From: Kiritimatiellia bacterium | GTDB taxonomy: Bacteria > Verrucomicrobiota > Kiritimatiellia > JAQICX01 | Reading direction: 5' to 3' | DNA length: 64,000 bases | NCBI GenBank assembly: GCA_027858345.1 | Contig: JAQICX010000242.1 | Coordinates: 2,787-66,786 of the forward strand | In this document: positions 28,942 through 40,500 of the stretch, one piece after another | How the letters are laid out: each line of letters opens with the position of its first letter | How positions within the stretch are numbered: position 1 is the stretch's first letter | The notes under the pieces: generated by a model | Seen by the model: only the letters and a program-made list of their open reading frames with translations | Databases searched by the model: none | Told to the model about the DNA's origin: nothing | Translations under genes and position numbers: made by a program

Positions 28942-30915
28942 CTATTGTTCAAGAGTGGAAATGGCGGCTTGGACTTGTTTGAAGGGGTAGCTTTCGAGGA
29001 GGGCAAATCCATTTAATTGTCGCGTTTTGCATTTGGTGAATATTGGCGTGTGAATTCCACATAGGAATTTTGTTAAGTTCAGGTCGGTGTAGTCGTCGCC
29101 CAGATTTTCATGGAGAGTTTCTTTGATTTGTTTAAGATCAAATGTGTCTATTGGTTTTAGATGCGATGTGGTTTCCAGAGTTGCAACATTCCCATCGCAT
29201 ACTGAACAGTGGTGACAAGATGCCCCCATGAAATGTTCGCCGAAGTATTCAGCAAGTTTATAGCTCAAGCATGTGTTGCTCTCAAAAAATCTTGTCATGT
29301 TATGTATGCGATTTACTTCGTTGGTCTCTTTATGAATAAACAGGTCATGTATTTTGTCTGTGACTTTATTGATATCAAAATTGTGTGTTGATATGTCAAA
29401 AATCTCAATTGTCTGGTTGCCTTGAAGTTCAGTCCAACCCTTTTCTGTAAAATATTCAAGTGCATTTATTATGCGTTGTCTGTCGGCTCCTTGATGATTA
29501 TTGATGATGTCGTCGATGTTTACCGTATACCAGATGCGTTGTTTTTTTGAGTATTGGAAGAGGGCTTTTACAAATTGTTCTCTCTCTGCTTTAAACCTTC
29601 CACTAATTGATTGTTCGGTCTCACCTTCAGAAATTTTCATTTTGTACTCCGCAAAACGAACTGTTTTTGGTGTTATTATTTTTTCAATACTTAGATATAC
29701 AATTAAAGTTTTTAGTGGTAGTTGACGTACGTTTAGTTCTTGTGACAGGTGGTACAACTTGATGTCAATGGTGTTTGAATTATGATGTTTTATAATTTCA
29801 AGTAATTTGCGGATGCTATCTTTGGTTGGGGTGTCGCCATATATAAAGTTTTCTAAGACGTTAATATTGTCTTTGTTTGCCAGAACTTCACAGAATGAGT
29901 CTTCTCCATCTCGCCCAGCACGACCAATTTCCTGACTATAGCCTTCAATTGATTTTGGCAGGTCATAGTGTATGATTCTGCGTATGTTTTTTTTGTCGAG
30001 TCCCATTCCAAAAGCAATTGTTGCAACAACGCAGCTGATTTTGTTGTTCATAAAGTCATTCTGAACCTGTTCTCGCTCTTCATGTTTCATTCCTGCGTGA
30101 TATGGTGCAACAACTATATTGTTTTCTGCCAGCATGTTTGCGGTGTTCTCTGCTGTTTTCTGCAGTGTCACATAAACAATTGTTGGAGCATCTGGATATT
30201 CTTTGATTCTTTCCAAAAGTTTCTGATTTTTTTCTTCTTGGCAAGTAGGGGATACCTGCAAAAAGAGGTTGGGGCGATAAAAGCCAGTGCTTACAACATT
30301 GTCGCGCGTGAGGCTTAGCTTTTGACACATATCATCAATAACTTCGTCGGTTGCAGTGGCTGTTAAGAGCAGTAGTTGGGGAATTCTAAATTCTGTTACA
30401 TACAACGGTAGTTTTAGGTACTCTGGACGAAAATTGTGTCCCCATTCTGAGATGCAATGTGCCTCGTCCACAACCATTAGTGAAATGTTCATCTGTGCAA
30501 GGTGACTTCTGAATCTTTCATTCTTAAACTTTTCAACAGAAATCATGAGAATTTTAAGTGTGCTGTTTTTTGCTTTTTGGACAGTGTTTTTATATTCCTC
30601 CCAAGTTAATGTTGAATCGAGTTTGGCAGCGGGAATGTTGTGCGATTGCAAAAAGTCGACCTGATCTTTCATCAAAGATATGAGAGGGGATACCACTAGT
30701 GTTAAATGGGGCAACATAAGTGCCGGCAATTGGTAGCATAATGATTTTCCTGAGCCTGTTGGGAAAATTGCTGCTGCAGATTTTCCGTCCAGCACTTTCT
30801 CAATGACTTCTTTCTGTCCTTTTTTAAAGGTGGAAAAGCCAAAATATTGTTTTAAGTTTTGATCCAAACTTTTATCCATAATATGTTTTCTCATAATGTG
30901 TGAACCATTATTCAT
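28942..30915 (-). CDS. RecQ-family ATP-dependent DNA helicase
   Basis: Helicase motifs FPTGSGKSLCYQLPAL, VVDEAHCISEWGHNFRPEY, and the RecQ-like LTATAT/...IVY... pattern. C-terminal extension with a Cys cluster. Confidence 0.75.
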   Translation of the reverse strand: MNNGSHIMRKHIMDKSLDQNLKQYFGFSTFKKGQKEVIEKVLDGKSAAAIFPTGSGKSLCYQLPALMLPHLTLVVSPLISLMKDQVDFLQSHNIPAAKLDSTLTWEEYKNTVQKAKNSTLKILMISVEKFKNERFRSHLAQMNISLMVVDEAHCISEWGHNFRPEYLKLPLYVTEFRIPQLLLLTATATDEVIDDMCQKLSLTRDNVVSTGFYRPNLFLQVSPTCQEEKNQKLLERIKEYPDAPTIVYVTLQKTAENTANMLAENNIVVAPYHAGMKHEEREQVQNDFMNNKISCVVATIAFGMGLDKKNIRRIIHYDLPKSIEGYSQEIGRAGRDGEDSFCEVLANKDNINVLENFIYGDTPTKDSIRKLLEIIKHHNSNTIDIKLYHLSQELNVRQLPLKTLIVYLSIEKIITPKTVRFAEYKMKISEGETEQSISGRFKAEREQFVKALFQYSKKQRIWYTVNIDDIINNHQGADRQRIINALEYFTEKGWTELQGNQTIEIFDISTHNFDINKVTDKIHDLFIHKETNEVNRIHNMTRFFESNTCLSYKLAEYFGEHFMGASCHHCSVCDGNVATLETTSHLKPIDTFDLKQIKETLHENLGDDYTDLNLTKFLCGIHTPIFTKCKTRQLNGFALLESYPFKQVQAAISTLEQ

Positions 30916-31055
30916 TGAATTAATGGTTAAAACGACAAAAAGGACGTAAACGACATAAATCTTAAGGTTTTAGCGTGTTTTTGTCATTTTTGTCTTTTGT
31001 GTTCTTTTTCTGTTTTTCTTTCAATCAACCATTAACCAATAACCATTAATCATTA

Positions 31056-31679
31056 TCAATTAACTATTGATGCAATGTATCCAGCGATGAATGCTGCCTG
31101 TTTTTCTCGGATATGTTCGTGGAAATGAACATGATCACAGTATACATCATCACTCAAGTTGTTTGTAAAAGTGTAAAGGTCAATTGATGGGACGCCAGCT
31201 TCTGCCATTACGGCATCGGCCGCTTCGTTATATGCAATGCAATCTGCTTTGAATCGAAAAAAGTCTGGTTGTATGGCATTGTGAACTTCTTCATCAGCTG
31301 GTGTTGTTCGCATCCAAATGACTTTTAGCCCGGAATCTCTTGAAACTTTAATGATTTTTTGAAGGTTTGCTTTGTATTCAACAATTGGAATTTGTTTTGA
31401 ACCAGTTTTTTTATCGGTTTTAATGTCATGCAGTCCACAGTTGATTAATGTGTAGTCTGTGTCAATTGGCTGTTTCTTTGCTCTAGCTTGTAAGTATTCC
31501 AGGACTCGCTGGGAGTCTCCACCATTTGCTCCATGTGGGATGTCAAGATTTTTTAGTGCTTCGACGGTTCCATCTTTTCTGGAGTATTCTGCAATTCCTG
31601 TTAGATATTTTTCCAGGTATGGTCCATAGTGAACTGATATGCTGTCGCCAATAATAAAAACTTTCATCTTCTTTTGCAT
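31056..31679 (-). CDS. SGNH/GDSL-family hydrolase
   Basis: N-terminal VFIIGDSIS and C-terminal DHVHF block (catalytic Ser and His). Confidence 0.65.
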   Translation of the reverse strand: MQKKMKVFIIGDSISVHYGPYLEKYLTGIAEYSRKDGTVEALKNLDIPHGANGGDSQRVLEYLQARAKKQPIDTDYTLINCGLHDIKTDKKTGSKQIPIVEYKANLQKIIKVSRDSGLKVIWMRTTPADEEVHNAIQPDFFRFKADCIAYNEAADAVMAEAGVPSIDLYTFTNNLSDDVYCDHVHFHEHIREKQAAFIAGYIASIVN

Positions 31680-31761
31680 TCCTTATTAATATATTAATTA
31701 AGGCATTATACATAACCAATAAATAAAGAGCAAGTCTCAAATGGATGATTTGCTGTCGCCT

Positions 31762-32085
31762 TAATTTTTCGGTTGAGACACTTTATGAGAACGTTTTTCA
31801 TGCCGTCACGCAGGTGACCGTTCTCGCTCCCGTTTTTCCAAGACTACGTTTGTTTGTATGCTGGGAGCGATCCCGCAGAGCGGGATCCTCGTTGTCATAT
31901 TAACTTGTTTTGTTTTCAGATATGAAAAGCCATTTGGCGGGGGCACGGTTCCTGACCCTACAGTCGCACCCCTCAGTCACGCAAGCGTGACAGCTCCCCT
32001 TAGCAAGGGGAGCAGTTCTGGTTTGCTTGACGCTTTCGCAGCTCATAACACTAAGGTGAGGAGGGCTCTTTTATAATAAATGCCT
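31762..32085. repeat. MITE-like composite element (TIR-like left end, gagaacg-loop-cgttctc hairpin, gatcccgcagagcgggatc palindrome, degenerate GTAG-REP, gtcacgcaagcgtgacagctcccc...ggggagcag module)
   Basis: Shares cactttatgagaacg with elements at 48910, 51722 and 54405. Confidence 0.55.
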
Positions 32086-32411
32086 GCGTAGCTGTTCCAT
32101 AATTTTTAATTTTTAATTATTAATTTCTAATTGAAAGCTCTTTTCATTGGTGGCGAAAAATATATGTGAGGAATATGTGGGATTGATAAAAAGTGAGTAA
32201 AACATAAAAAAAACGAAAAAATCAAAAAAAGGGGTTGACTTTTTGATTGAATTCCAATATATTTAACCGTTCTTTTTGGGTCATTCCAGAAAGAGCTTTT
32301 GAAACACTGTAAATTATGTCTGAGATTGATGTAGAACAAGTGCATTGAATATGTCGAAACAGAAGAAACATTTTATTATATATAGAATGGTAGTGGTTTT
32401 GAAACGCATGC

Positions 32412-32487
32412 GCCTATGTAGCTCAGTCGGTAGAGCACGTCCTTGGTAAGGACGAGGTCAGCGGTTCAATCCCGCTCATAGGCTCCA
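32412..32487 (+). tRNA. tRNA-Thr (anticodon GGT)
   Basis: Cloverleaf folded by hand. Acceptor GCCTATG/CATAGGC, D-arm GCTCAGTCGGTAGAGC, anticodon stem CGTCC/GGACG with loop TTGGTAA, T-arm AGCGGTTCAATCCCGCT, then CCA. In the classic position upstream of tuf. Confidence 0.85.
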
Positions 32488-32558
32488 TTGAGTAGATGGG
32501 GATTTATTGTTGTAAACTAAATATTATTAAGTAAAACTAAAAACATCGGAGGCTAATA

Positions 32559-33767
32559 ATGGCTAAAGAAACATTCGAACGTTCCAAACCACATGTGAAC
32601 GTAGGTACAATCGGTCACGTTGACCACGGTAAGACTACTCTTACAGCTGCAATAACAACAGTACAGGCTCTTAAAGGTTTGTGCGAAGCTATTAAATATG
32701 ATGAAGTAGCCAAAGCTTCTGAATCTCAAGGTCGTCGTGACTCTACAAAGATTCTTACAATTGCTACATCTCACGTTGAGTATAGTTCTGAAGCTCGTCA
32801 TTACGCTCATGTTGACTGTCCAGGACATGCTGACTATGTTAAAAACATGATCACTGGTGCTGCACAGATGGATGGAGCTATTCTTGTATGTTCAGCTGCT
32901 GACGGTCCAATGCCTCAGACTCGTGAACATATCCTTCTTGCTCGTCAGGTTGGTGTTCCAGCTATCGTAGTTTTCTTGAACAAGGTTGACCTTGTTGATG
33001 ACGAAGAACTACTTGAGCTAGTTGAAATGGAAGTTAGAGAACTTCTTACTAAGTACAATTTCCCGGGAGATGATATTCCTATCGTACGTGGTGATGCTCT
33101 TTCAGCAACACAGGCACAATCAGCTGATGATCCAGCATGTGAATGTATTACTGAACTAATGAACGCACTTGATGAGTACATCCCAGAACCAGTTCGTGAT
33201 ATTGATTTGCCGTTCTTGATGCCAATTGAAGACGTTTTCTCAATTGAAGGTCGTGGTACAGTTGTAACAGGTCGTGTTGAACGTGGTATCGTTAAAGTTG
33301 GTGAAACAATTGAAATCGTTGGTATCCATGACACAAAAACAACAACAGTTACTGGTGTTGAAATGTTCCGTAAGCTTCTTGAACAAGGTCAAGCCGGCGA
33401 TAACATTGGTGTTCTACTTCGTGGTACTAAGAAAAATGAAGTTGAGCGTGGTCAGTGTCTAGCTAAACCAGGTTCAATTAAACCACATACTAAGTTTGAA
33501 GCAGAAGTTTATATCTTAGGTAAAGACGAAGGTGGTCGTCATACTCCATTCTTCAAGGGTTACCGTCCTCAGTTCTACATCAGAACAACAGACGTTACAG
33601 GTGACATCACACTTCCAGAAGGTGTTGAAATGGTTATGCCTGGTGACAATGTTAACATGATTGTTGAACTAATCCAACCATGTGCTATCGAAGAGAAAAT
33701 GCGTTTTGCTATTCGTGAAGGTGGCCGTACAGTTGGTGCTGGTACAATTGCTAAGATTATAGAATAA
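32559..33767 (+). CDS. tuf: elongation factor Tu
   Basis: [24 protein letters not shown] and SAL motifs. 402 aa. Confidence 0.95.
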   Translation: MAKETFERSKPHVNVGTIGHVDHGKTTLTAAITTVQALKGLCEAIKYDEVAKASESQGRRDSTKILTIATSHVEYSSEARHYAHVDCPGHADYVKNMITGAAQMDGAILVCSAADGPMPQTREHILLARQVGVPAIVVFLNKVDLVDDEELLELVEMEVRELLTKYNFPGDDIPIVRGDALSATQAQSADDPACECITELMNALDEYIPEPVRDIDLPFLMPIEDVFSIEGRGTVVTGRVERGIVKVGETIEIVGIHDTKTTTVTGVEMFRKLLEQGQAGDNIGVLLRGTKKNEVERGQCLAKPGSIKPHTKFEAEVYILGKDEGGRHTPFFKGYRPQFYIRTTDVTGDITLPEGVEMVMPGDNVNMIVELIQPCAIEEKMRFAIREGGRTVGAGTIAKIIE

Positions 33768-33823
33768 GCAATTTAGGCAAACTAAACGTTGTCGGGGTAT
33801 GGTGCGAATTTATTTGTACCACG

Positions 33824-33871
33824 CCCCGCTACCACTTTGCCCTTTCAAATTGACAAAGTGGTAGCGGGGGG
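33824..33871. terminator. stem-loop (ccccgctaccactttg / caaagtggtagcgggg), likely tuf terminator or processing hairpin; same arms as the repeat module at 25622-25663
   Basis: A 16-bp perfect inverted repeat 57 nt downstream of the tuf stop. No strong U-tract. Confidence 0.45.
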
Positions 33872-33927
33872 AATTATTCCTCGAGTATTAATGTAACAGA
33901 TAAATTTTAAAGTAAAGAAGGTTTATT

Positions 33928-34080
33928 ATGGCAAGAAATCAAGCAGTATTGCAATGCACTGAGTGTAAACGTCGTAACTACGTTAAAACACGTAACAAGA
34001 CTAATACACCTAATAGATTAGAGATGAACAAATTTTGTCCTGCTGAACGCAAAAGAACATTGCACAGAGAGACTAAATAG
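33928..34080 (+). CDS. rpmG: 50S ribosomal protein L33
   Basis: Manual translation gives [50 protein letters not shown], not in the ORF track because it is under 60 aa. RBS aaggttt upstream. Confidence 0.8.
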   Translation: MARNQAVLQCTECKRRNYVKTRNKTNTPNRLEMNKFCPAERKRTLHRETK

Positions 34081-34093
34081 ATAATTTTGACAC

Positions 34094-34169
34094 AGGTCAG
34101 TAGTTCAATTGGCAGAGCACCGGTCTCCAAAACCGGGTGTTGGGGGTTCGACTCCCTCCTGACCTGCCA
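34094..34169 (+). tRNA. tRNA-Trp (anticodon CCA)
   Basis: Acceptor AGGTCAG/CTGACCT, anticodon stem CCGGT/ACCGG with loop CTCCAAA, T-arm GGGGGTTCGACTCCC, then CCA. In the canonical position before secE. Confidence 0.85.
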
Positions 34170-34221
34170 TATTTTGGTGGGGGGAACCTTTGGAGGTTGC
34201 CCTTTACAACGAAAGGCTAAG

Positions 34222-34431
34222 ATGAGCGAAGAAAAGAAAAATATATTTGATAAAACAAAAGGTTTTTTGGGCGATGTTGTTTTGGAATTAAAGAAAACAT
34301 CTTGGCCAACAAAACAGGAATTAACAGAGTCAACAGGACTTGTGATTGTATTTATTTTAATGCTCGCAGCATTTGTTGGTGCATCTGATTGGTTCTTCCA
34401 GAAGCTTATAAAACTACTAATCTCATTGTAA
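34222..34431 (+). CDS. secE: preprotein translocase subunit SecE
   Basis: Start chosen at MSEEKKN after RBS gaaagg. Single C-terminal TM helix. Position between tRNA-Trp and nusG. Confidence 0.75.
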   Translation: MSEEKKNIFDKTKGFLGDVVLELKKTSWPTKQELTESTGLVIVFILMLAAFVGASDWFFQKLIKLLISL

Positions 34432-34441
34432 GGATATATTA

Positions 34442-34990
34442 ATGAAAAAACAATGGTTTGTATTACACTCTTTAACAGGTCAAGAGATGAAGGCTCGCGA
34501 TACTATCATTAAAACGGCAGCAATCGAAGAACTTGATGAGTTTATTGAAGAAGTTATCGTTCCGGTAGAAAAAGTCTACGAAAAGAAAAAAGGTAAAACC
34601 AGTACAATTACTCGTAAGTTTTTCCCAGGGTATATCCTCATAAATGTCGCCTTATATAATGAAGAAGGTGAAATGAATGAGAATGTCTGGCATTTTCTTC
34701 GTGGTATACAGGGAGTTATCGGATTCCTTGGTGGTGAAAAGCCAGCTCCGTTAAGACAGTCTGAAGTTGATGACATCTTGAATCAATCTGAAGAAGAAGA
34801 GGTTGCTAAACCAAAAATTGAATTTGAAATTGGGGAAACTGTTAAGATCAACGATGGTGCTTTCATGAACTTCAACGGTGTTGTTGAAGGTATTGACCCT
34901 GAAAGAGGCAAGTTGAAAGTTACGGTTGCAATTTTTGGCAGAAATGCTCCAGTGGAACTGGAATATTGGCAGGCTGAACGAGTTGAGTAG
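34442..34990 (+). CDS. nusG: transcription termination/antitermination factor NusG
   Basis: NGN domain WFVLHSLTGQE...PGYILI, then a KOW motif. Confidence 0.9.
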   Translation: MKKQWFVLHSLTGQEMKARDTIIKTAAIEELDEFIEEVIVPVEKVYEKKKGKTSTITRKFFPGYILINVALYNEEGEMNENVWHFLRGIQGVIGFLGGEKPAPLRQSEVDDILNQSEEEEVAKPKIEFEIGETVKINDGAFMNFNGVVEGIDPERGKLKVTVAIFGRNAPVELEYWQAERVE

Positions 34991-35139
34991 TAATCAACTT
35001 ATATTAAGAAATTAGAATTTATTGGAGTTCTTTAATTAGAACATATAACTTGGATTGCAATGTTGCAATCCTTTAACATATAATAGAAAACTACGACTTT
35101 TACTGATTAGTCGAAGAATATAATTCAGGAGTAGTTTAT

Positions 35140-35565
35140 ATGGCAAAGAAAATTACCGGCACAATAAAATTGCAAATTCCAGCCGGCCAAGCAAATCCGG
35201 CACCACCGGTGGGACCTGCACTAGGTCAGCAAGGCGTGAATATTATGGAATTTTGTAAAGCATTTAATGCCGCCACACAAGATAAGGCTGGTTTAGTCGT
35301 ACCTGTGGTAATTTCAGTGTATGAGGATAGATCATTCACTTTTATTACTAAGAGTGCACCTGCGGCTGTGTTGCTTAAGAAAGCAGCTGGCTTAGCTAAA
35401 GGTTCAGCGGTACCAAATCGCGATAAAGTTGGAACTGTCACACAAGATCAAGTTCGCGAGATCTATGAGATAAAGAAGGAAGATTTGAATGCTCGTTCAG
35501 AAGAAGGTGGCATGAAAATTATTGAAGGAACAGCCCGTAGCATGGGAATAACAGTAGAAGATTAA
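35140..35565 (+). CDS. rplK: 50S ribosomal protein L11
   Basis: [43 protein letters not shown]. Confidence 0.95.
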   Translation: MAKKITGTIKLQIPAGQANPAPPVGPALGQQGVNIMEFCKAFNAATQDKAGLVVPVVISVYEDRSFTFITKSAPAAVLLKKAAGLAKGSAVPNRDKVGTVTQDQVREIYEIKKEDLNARSEEGGMKIIEGTARSMGITVED

Positions 35566-35579
35566 GAGGGTTTAGGTTT

Positions 35580-36263
35580 ATGCCAAAACATGGAAAAAAA
35601 TATAATCAGGTAAAACAAGCAGCTCCAAAAGGTGTTGTTTCGCTTGAAGAAGCTCTTAACTTTATCAAAGCTAATCCTGTTGCTAAGTTTGATGAAACAA
35701 TTGAAATTGCTTTTCATCTTGGAGTTGATGCACGTAAATCAGATCAGATTGTTCGTGGTTCAGTAAGTCTTCCAAATGGTACAGGTAAAGATGTAACAGT
35801 CTTAGTTTTCGCAGAAGGCGATGCAATTGAAACAGCTCTAGCAGCTGGTGCGGCATTTGCTGGTGGTGAAGAGATGATTGAAAAAGTTAAAGGTGGATTT
35901 GTTGGTTTTGATGTTGCAGTTTCTACTACATCAATGATGAAGGAAGTTAGAAAACTTGGTAGAGTATTGGGTCCTCGTGGCTTAATGCCAAATCCAAAGA
36001 CTGGTACAGTTACAGATGATGTTGCTGCAGCAGTTACCGCAAGTAAAACTGGTAAAGTTGACTTCCGTATGGATAGAAACGCAAATGTATCTGTTCCTGT
36101 AGGCAAGATGTCTTTTGATGCTGATAAGCTTAAAGAAAACATCATGGCTATATTTAAAGTAGTTATGGCTGAAAGGCCGGTAGCTGCTAAGGGTATATAT
36201 ATAAAGAAAAGCGTTGTATCATCTACTATGGGTGTTGGAATCGCAATAAATTTAAAGGACTAG
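35580..36263 (+). CDS. rplA: 50S ribosomal protein L1
   Basis: Conserved L1 sequence, canonical position. Confidence 0.95.
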   Translation: MPKHGKKYNQVKQAAPKGVVSLEEALNFIKANPVAKFDETIEIAFHLGVDARKSDQIVRGSVSLPNGTGKDVTVLVFAEGDAIETALAAGAAFAGGEEMIEKVKGGFVGFDVAVSTTSMMKEVRKLGRVLGPRGLMPNPKTGTVTDDVAAAVTASKTGKVDFRMDRNANVSVPVGKMSFDADKLKENIMAIFKVVMAERPVAAKGIYIKKSVVSSTMGVGIAINLKD

Positions 36264-36270
36264 AGATAAA

Positions 36271-36789
36271 ATGAGACCAGAAAAAATCTCTATATTCAAT
36301 GAAGTTTATGAAGATATAAACTCATCAGAATATGTATATATAGTTGATTTCAGCGGTTCAAGTGTTGAACTTCTTTCAAGCCTCAGAGAGAAACTATCAG
36401 ACACTGACAGCCAAATTAAGGTTGTAAAGAACTCGTTGTTAAAAAAGACTGCAGAGAAACTTGGTTGGGATAGCTCAACTAATGATTACTTTGTTGGTCC
36501 TACAGCAATTGTGACAGGTAATGGCGAAGCCACTACTGTTGCAAAAGAACTCGTTAGCTTTGCTAAAGCAAACAAGAAACCTGTTATGAAGGGTGGAGTT
36601 CTTGGTATTAAGGTATTTGATGCAAGCGGTGTTGACACACTTGCTAAGATTCCACCAAGAGAAATTGTCCTTTCACAGGTTGTTGGAACAATCGCAGCTC
36701 CAATGAGCGGATTGGTTGGAGTTTTCAGCCAAAAAGTTGCAACGTTGTTGTATGTTCTCAAAGCAATAGAAGAGAAAAAGGCAAGTTAA
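36271..36789 (+). CDS. rplJ: 50S ribosomal protein L10
   Basis: L10 family sequence, between rplA and rplL. Confidence 0.9.
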   Translation: MRPEKISIFNEVYEDINSSEYVYIVDFSGSSVELLSSLREKLSDTDSQIKVVKNSLLKKTAEKLGWDSSTNDYFVGPTAIVTGNGEATTVAKELVSFAKANKKPVMKGGVLGIKVFDASGVDTLAKIPPREIVLSQVVGTIAAPMSGLVGVFSQKVATLLYVLKAIEEKKAS

Positions 36790-36933
36790 TTAGTAATATA
36801 ATCCCTTTAGGTGATAATTTAAAAATTGCCTGAAGGTTTAAGATAAATTAGTAAACAATCATTTTATGTTAGTAACATAAATTTTAAAACTTATAAATAT
36901 ATTGTGTAACAATTACACTTTGGGAGATTAAAA

Positions 36934-37332
36934 ATGACAGAAGAAGTTAAAGCAGAAGGAAAGATGGCTGAGTTCGTTGAATGGATCAAAGGAATCAGTG
37001 TTATTGAACTATCAGAATTGGTAAAAGTACTAGAAGATGAACTAGGTGTTTCAGCAGCAGCTCCAATGGCAGTTGCAGCAGCTCCTGCAGCTGGCGGCGA
37101 AGCCGAAGAAGCTGAAGAACAAACAGAATTTGACGTAATCCTAGCTTCTGCTGGTGCAAAGAAAATTGCTGTTATCAAGGAAGTTCGTGCTATCACAGGT
37201 TTGGGTCTTAAAGATTCAAAAGACCTTGTAGAAGCTGCACCAAAGCCAGTTAAGGAAGGCGTATCTAAAGATGAAGCTGCAGAGCTTAAAGCTAAGCTAG
37301 AAGAAGCTGGTGCTACTGTTGAAGTAAAGTAA
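36934..37332 (+). CDS. rplL: 50S ribosomal protein L7/L12
   Basis: Ala/Glu-rich hinge and a conserved CTD ([28 protein letters not shown]). Confidence 0.95.
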   Translation: MTEEVKAEGKMAEFVEWIKGISVIELSELVKVLEDELGVSAAAPMAVAAAPAAGGEAEEAEEQTEFDVILASAGAKKIAVIKEVRAITGLGLKDSKDLVEAAPKPVKEGVSKDEAAELKAKLEEAGATVEVK

Positions 37333-37583
37333 TTTACTTTTCACAATTTATTTTCTGAATTCTGTATTCACCATGATTTTTAAGTGTGTAGGATACAGAA
37401 CTCAGTTCACATTACCCGTATAGAGTTTGATTCTCTTTCTCTGTGTTTTTGCACAGAAAAAGTTAAAATTCACTATGCGGGTTTGTTTGTTTATAGACTG
37501 CATCCATACGCAGCCTATAAATTTTATTTTTCAAGACTTGATTAAGGTAAATTAAGTCAACAGAACATAATTACGAGGTAATA

Positions 37584-40500
37584 ATGGCTCAAAGAAAAAG
37601 TTTTGGTAAGTTACAAGCGGTTATTGAACCGCCGGATTTGATTGAGTTACAAGCACAATCATATAAGGATTTCTTGCAGGAAGATTGCAAGCCTGAAAAG
37701 AGAAAAACAGAAGGATTGCAGTCTGTTTTTAAAGAAGTGTTCCCAATTGAAAGCTATGACGGCAAATATCTACTTGACTTTGTTAAGTACGAACTTACAA
37801 TGCCGAAGAATTCATACATAGACGTTTTGAGAGATGGCGGAACATATTCAATTGCTCTTAATGTCACATTTCGCCTACAAGATGGCGATGAACTCAGAGA
37901 AGATAAAGTTTATATGGGCGAGATTCCATTGATGACTCCAACAGGCTCATTTGTTGTAAATGGTGCAGAACGTGTTGTTGTTAGTCAGTTGCATCGTTCT
38001 CCTGGCATCTGCTCTGAAAAATCAATTCACCAAAATGGTGACCCGCTTTATTCAATGCGTGTTATCCCTGACAGAGGTTCATGGATTGAAATTCAATTTG
38101 ACACATCTAACTTAATTTGGATATATGTCGACAGAAGACGTCGTAGAAGAAAATTCTTAGCTACAACATTCCTTCGTGCTCTTGGTTATGGTTCTGATGA
38201 AGAATTGTTGAATCTTTACTACGAGTTTGCTGATTTGGATGTTAAAGGCGATTACGAAGAAGAAGAATTGGCTGATTTCGTTTTCTGTGATGATGTTCTT
38301 GACATCGACTCACAAAACGTTATTGCTCGTAAATATGAAATTTTGACACCAGTTTCAATTCAACAACTTAGAGATGCTGGATTCGAAAGCGTAAAAGTTG
38401 TTGACATCTCATGGGATGGCGGACTGATTCTTGAAAGTATCAAAGCTGATTCAGCAAACACTACAGACGATGCTCTAAAAGATATCTATCAAAAATTGCG
38501 TCCTGGTGATCCTGCAACAGTTTCAAATGCACGTCAATTGTTGAAAAGACAGTTCTTTGATGCAAAACGCTATGACTTAGGTGTTGTTGGTCGTCATAAA
38601 ATCAACAAGAAACTTGGTCTTGAAGGCAAAATTCCAAACACACAAAGAGTTTTGGATGTTGAAGATGTTATTGAGACGTTGAGAATGCTTGTTGATATCC
38701 GCAAGGGTGACTTGAATGTTGACGATATTGACCATTTGGGTAGTCGTCGTGTTCGTACAGTTGGTGAACTTGTTGAAAATCAATGCAGAGTTGGTCTGGC
38801 TAGAACAGAACGTCTAGTTCGTGAACGTATGACTCTTTATGATGCAGATAAGGGTGCTGCTCTTACACCTGCAAAACTTGTGAACTCAAAATCACTTTCA
38901 GCTGTTGTGCAGGATTTCTTCGCACGAAGCCAACTAAGTCAGTTCATGGATCAAACAAATCCTCTATCAGAACTTGCTCACAAAAGACGTTTAAGTGCTT
39001 TGGGACCAGGTGGATTGAGTAGAGATCGTGCTGGTTTTGAAGTTCGAGACGTTCATTTGAGTCATTATGGCAGAATTTGTCCAATTGAAACACCTGAAGG
39101 TCCAAACATTGGCCTGATCTCTTCTCTTGCTACATATGCAAGAAGAAATGAATTTGGCTTCATCGAAACACCATATTTAAAGGTGAAAAAAGGCGTTGTA
39201 TCAAAAGATGTTGATTATTTGTCGGCTGATGAAGAAGAAAAATTCATCATTGCTCAGGCAAACGCTCCAATGGATGAAAGCAGAAAATTTGTAAACAAAA
39301 TGGTTGCATGTCGTTACCAAACAGAAATGCTTGAAATTGAAGCAAAAAAAGTTCAGTATATGGACGTTTCGCCAAAACAGATTACTTCTGTTGCTGCCGG
39401 CTTGATTCCTTTCTTGGAACATGATGATGCAAACCGTGCGTTGATGGGTGCGAATATGATGCGTCAGGCTGTTCCGTTGATCAAAACAGAACGTCCTTAT
39501 GTAGCGACTGGTATGGAATCTCTTGTTGCAAAAGACTCTCGTGCAATTGTTACAGCTACGGCAGCTGGTAAAGTTGCATACGTTGATTCAAATAAGATTG
39601 TTATATCTAAAGATGGCAAGGTTCCAGCTGATGAAGCCTCAAAAGCATGTCAGGTTTATGACTTGCAGAAATTCCGTCGTTCAAATGCTGCCACATGTAT
39701 CAACCAAAAACCAATTGTTTGGTTTGGTGATGAAGTTAAAGTAGGTGACCCTCTTGCAGATGGTCCTGCTACTGATCAAGGTGAACTTGCCATTGGTAAG
39801 AACCTTCTTGTTGCATTTATGCCTTGGGATGGTTATAACTTTGAAGATGCTATTCTTATCAGTGAAAGAATTCTAAAGGATGATGTATTCACATCTGTTC
39901 ATATCACTAACTTCGAGTGTGGTGCAAGAGATACAAAACTTGGACCGGAAGAAATAACTCGTGACATTCCTAATGTTGGTGAGAATGCTCTTAAGAATCT
40001 AAGTGAAGAAGGTATTATCTATTCTGGTGCAAGAGTTGTTCCAGGTGATATCCTTGTTGGTAAGATTACTCCAAAAAGCGAAACTGAACTTGCTCCTGAA
40101 GAGAGACTTCTAAGAGCTATCTTCGGTGAAAAAGCTGCTGAAGTTCGTGACACATCTCTAACAGTGCCAAGTGGTACTAATGGTGTGGTTATGGACGTAA
40201 GAGTTACTACTCATCTGAAAGAACTTGTAAAAGAAGATCTTGCTGAAAAGAAAACCCACGTTAAAAACCTGAAAGATGACTACAAAACAGCTCGTCAAGA
40301 TCTTATGAATGATCTTACAGACGCTCTAAGTAACATCCTGTTAGGTGAAAAAATTCCTTTGGAAGTGGTTAATGCTCTGAATGGTGAAATCATCATACCT
40401 TCTAATCGTAAAATTACTAAAACATTGCTGCGTAAACTGGCTAATGCATATGAACACATTCAAATCGAAAGTAGTCCTATCCAGGAAAAAATCGATGATA

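Noticed and set aside
32553-32828. 91-aa ORF antisense to the 5' end of tuf
   Set aside because: It overlaps a highly conserved, certainly expressed gene on the opposite strand and has no motif. It is a typical shadow ORF.
36790-36933. L10 leader or attenuator structure between rplJ and rplL (gtgtaacaattacac palindrome)
   Set aside because: It is a short AT-rich palindrome only. The canonical L10(L12)4 leader lies upstream of rplJ, where this genome has just 7 nt, so there is no basis for a regulatory call.
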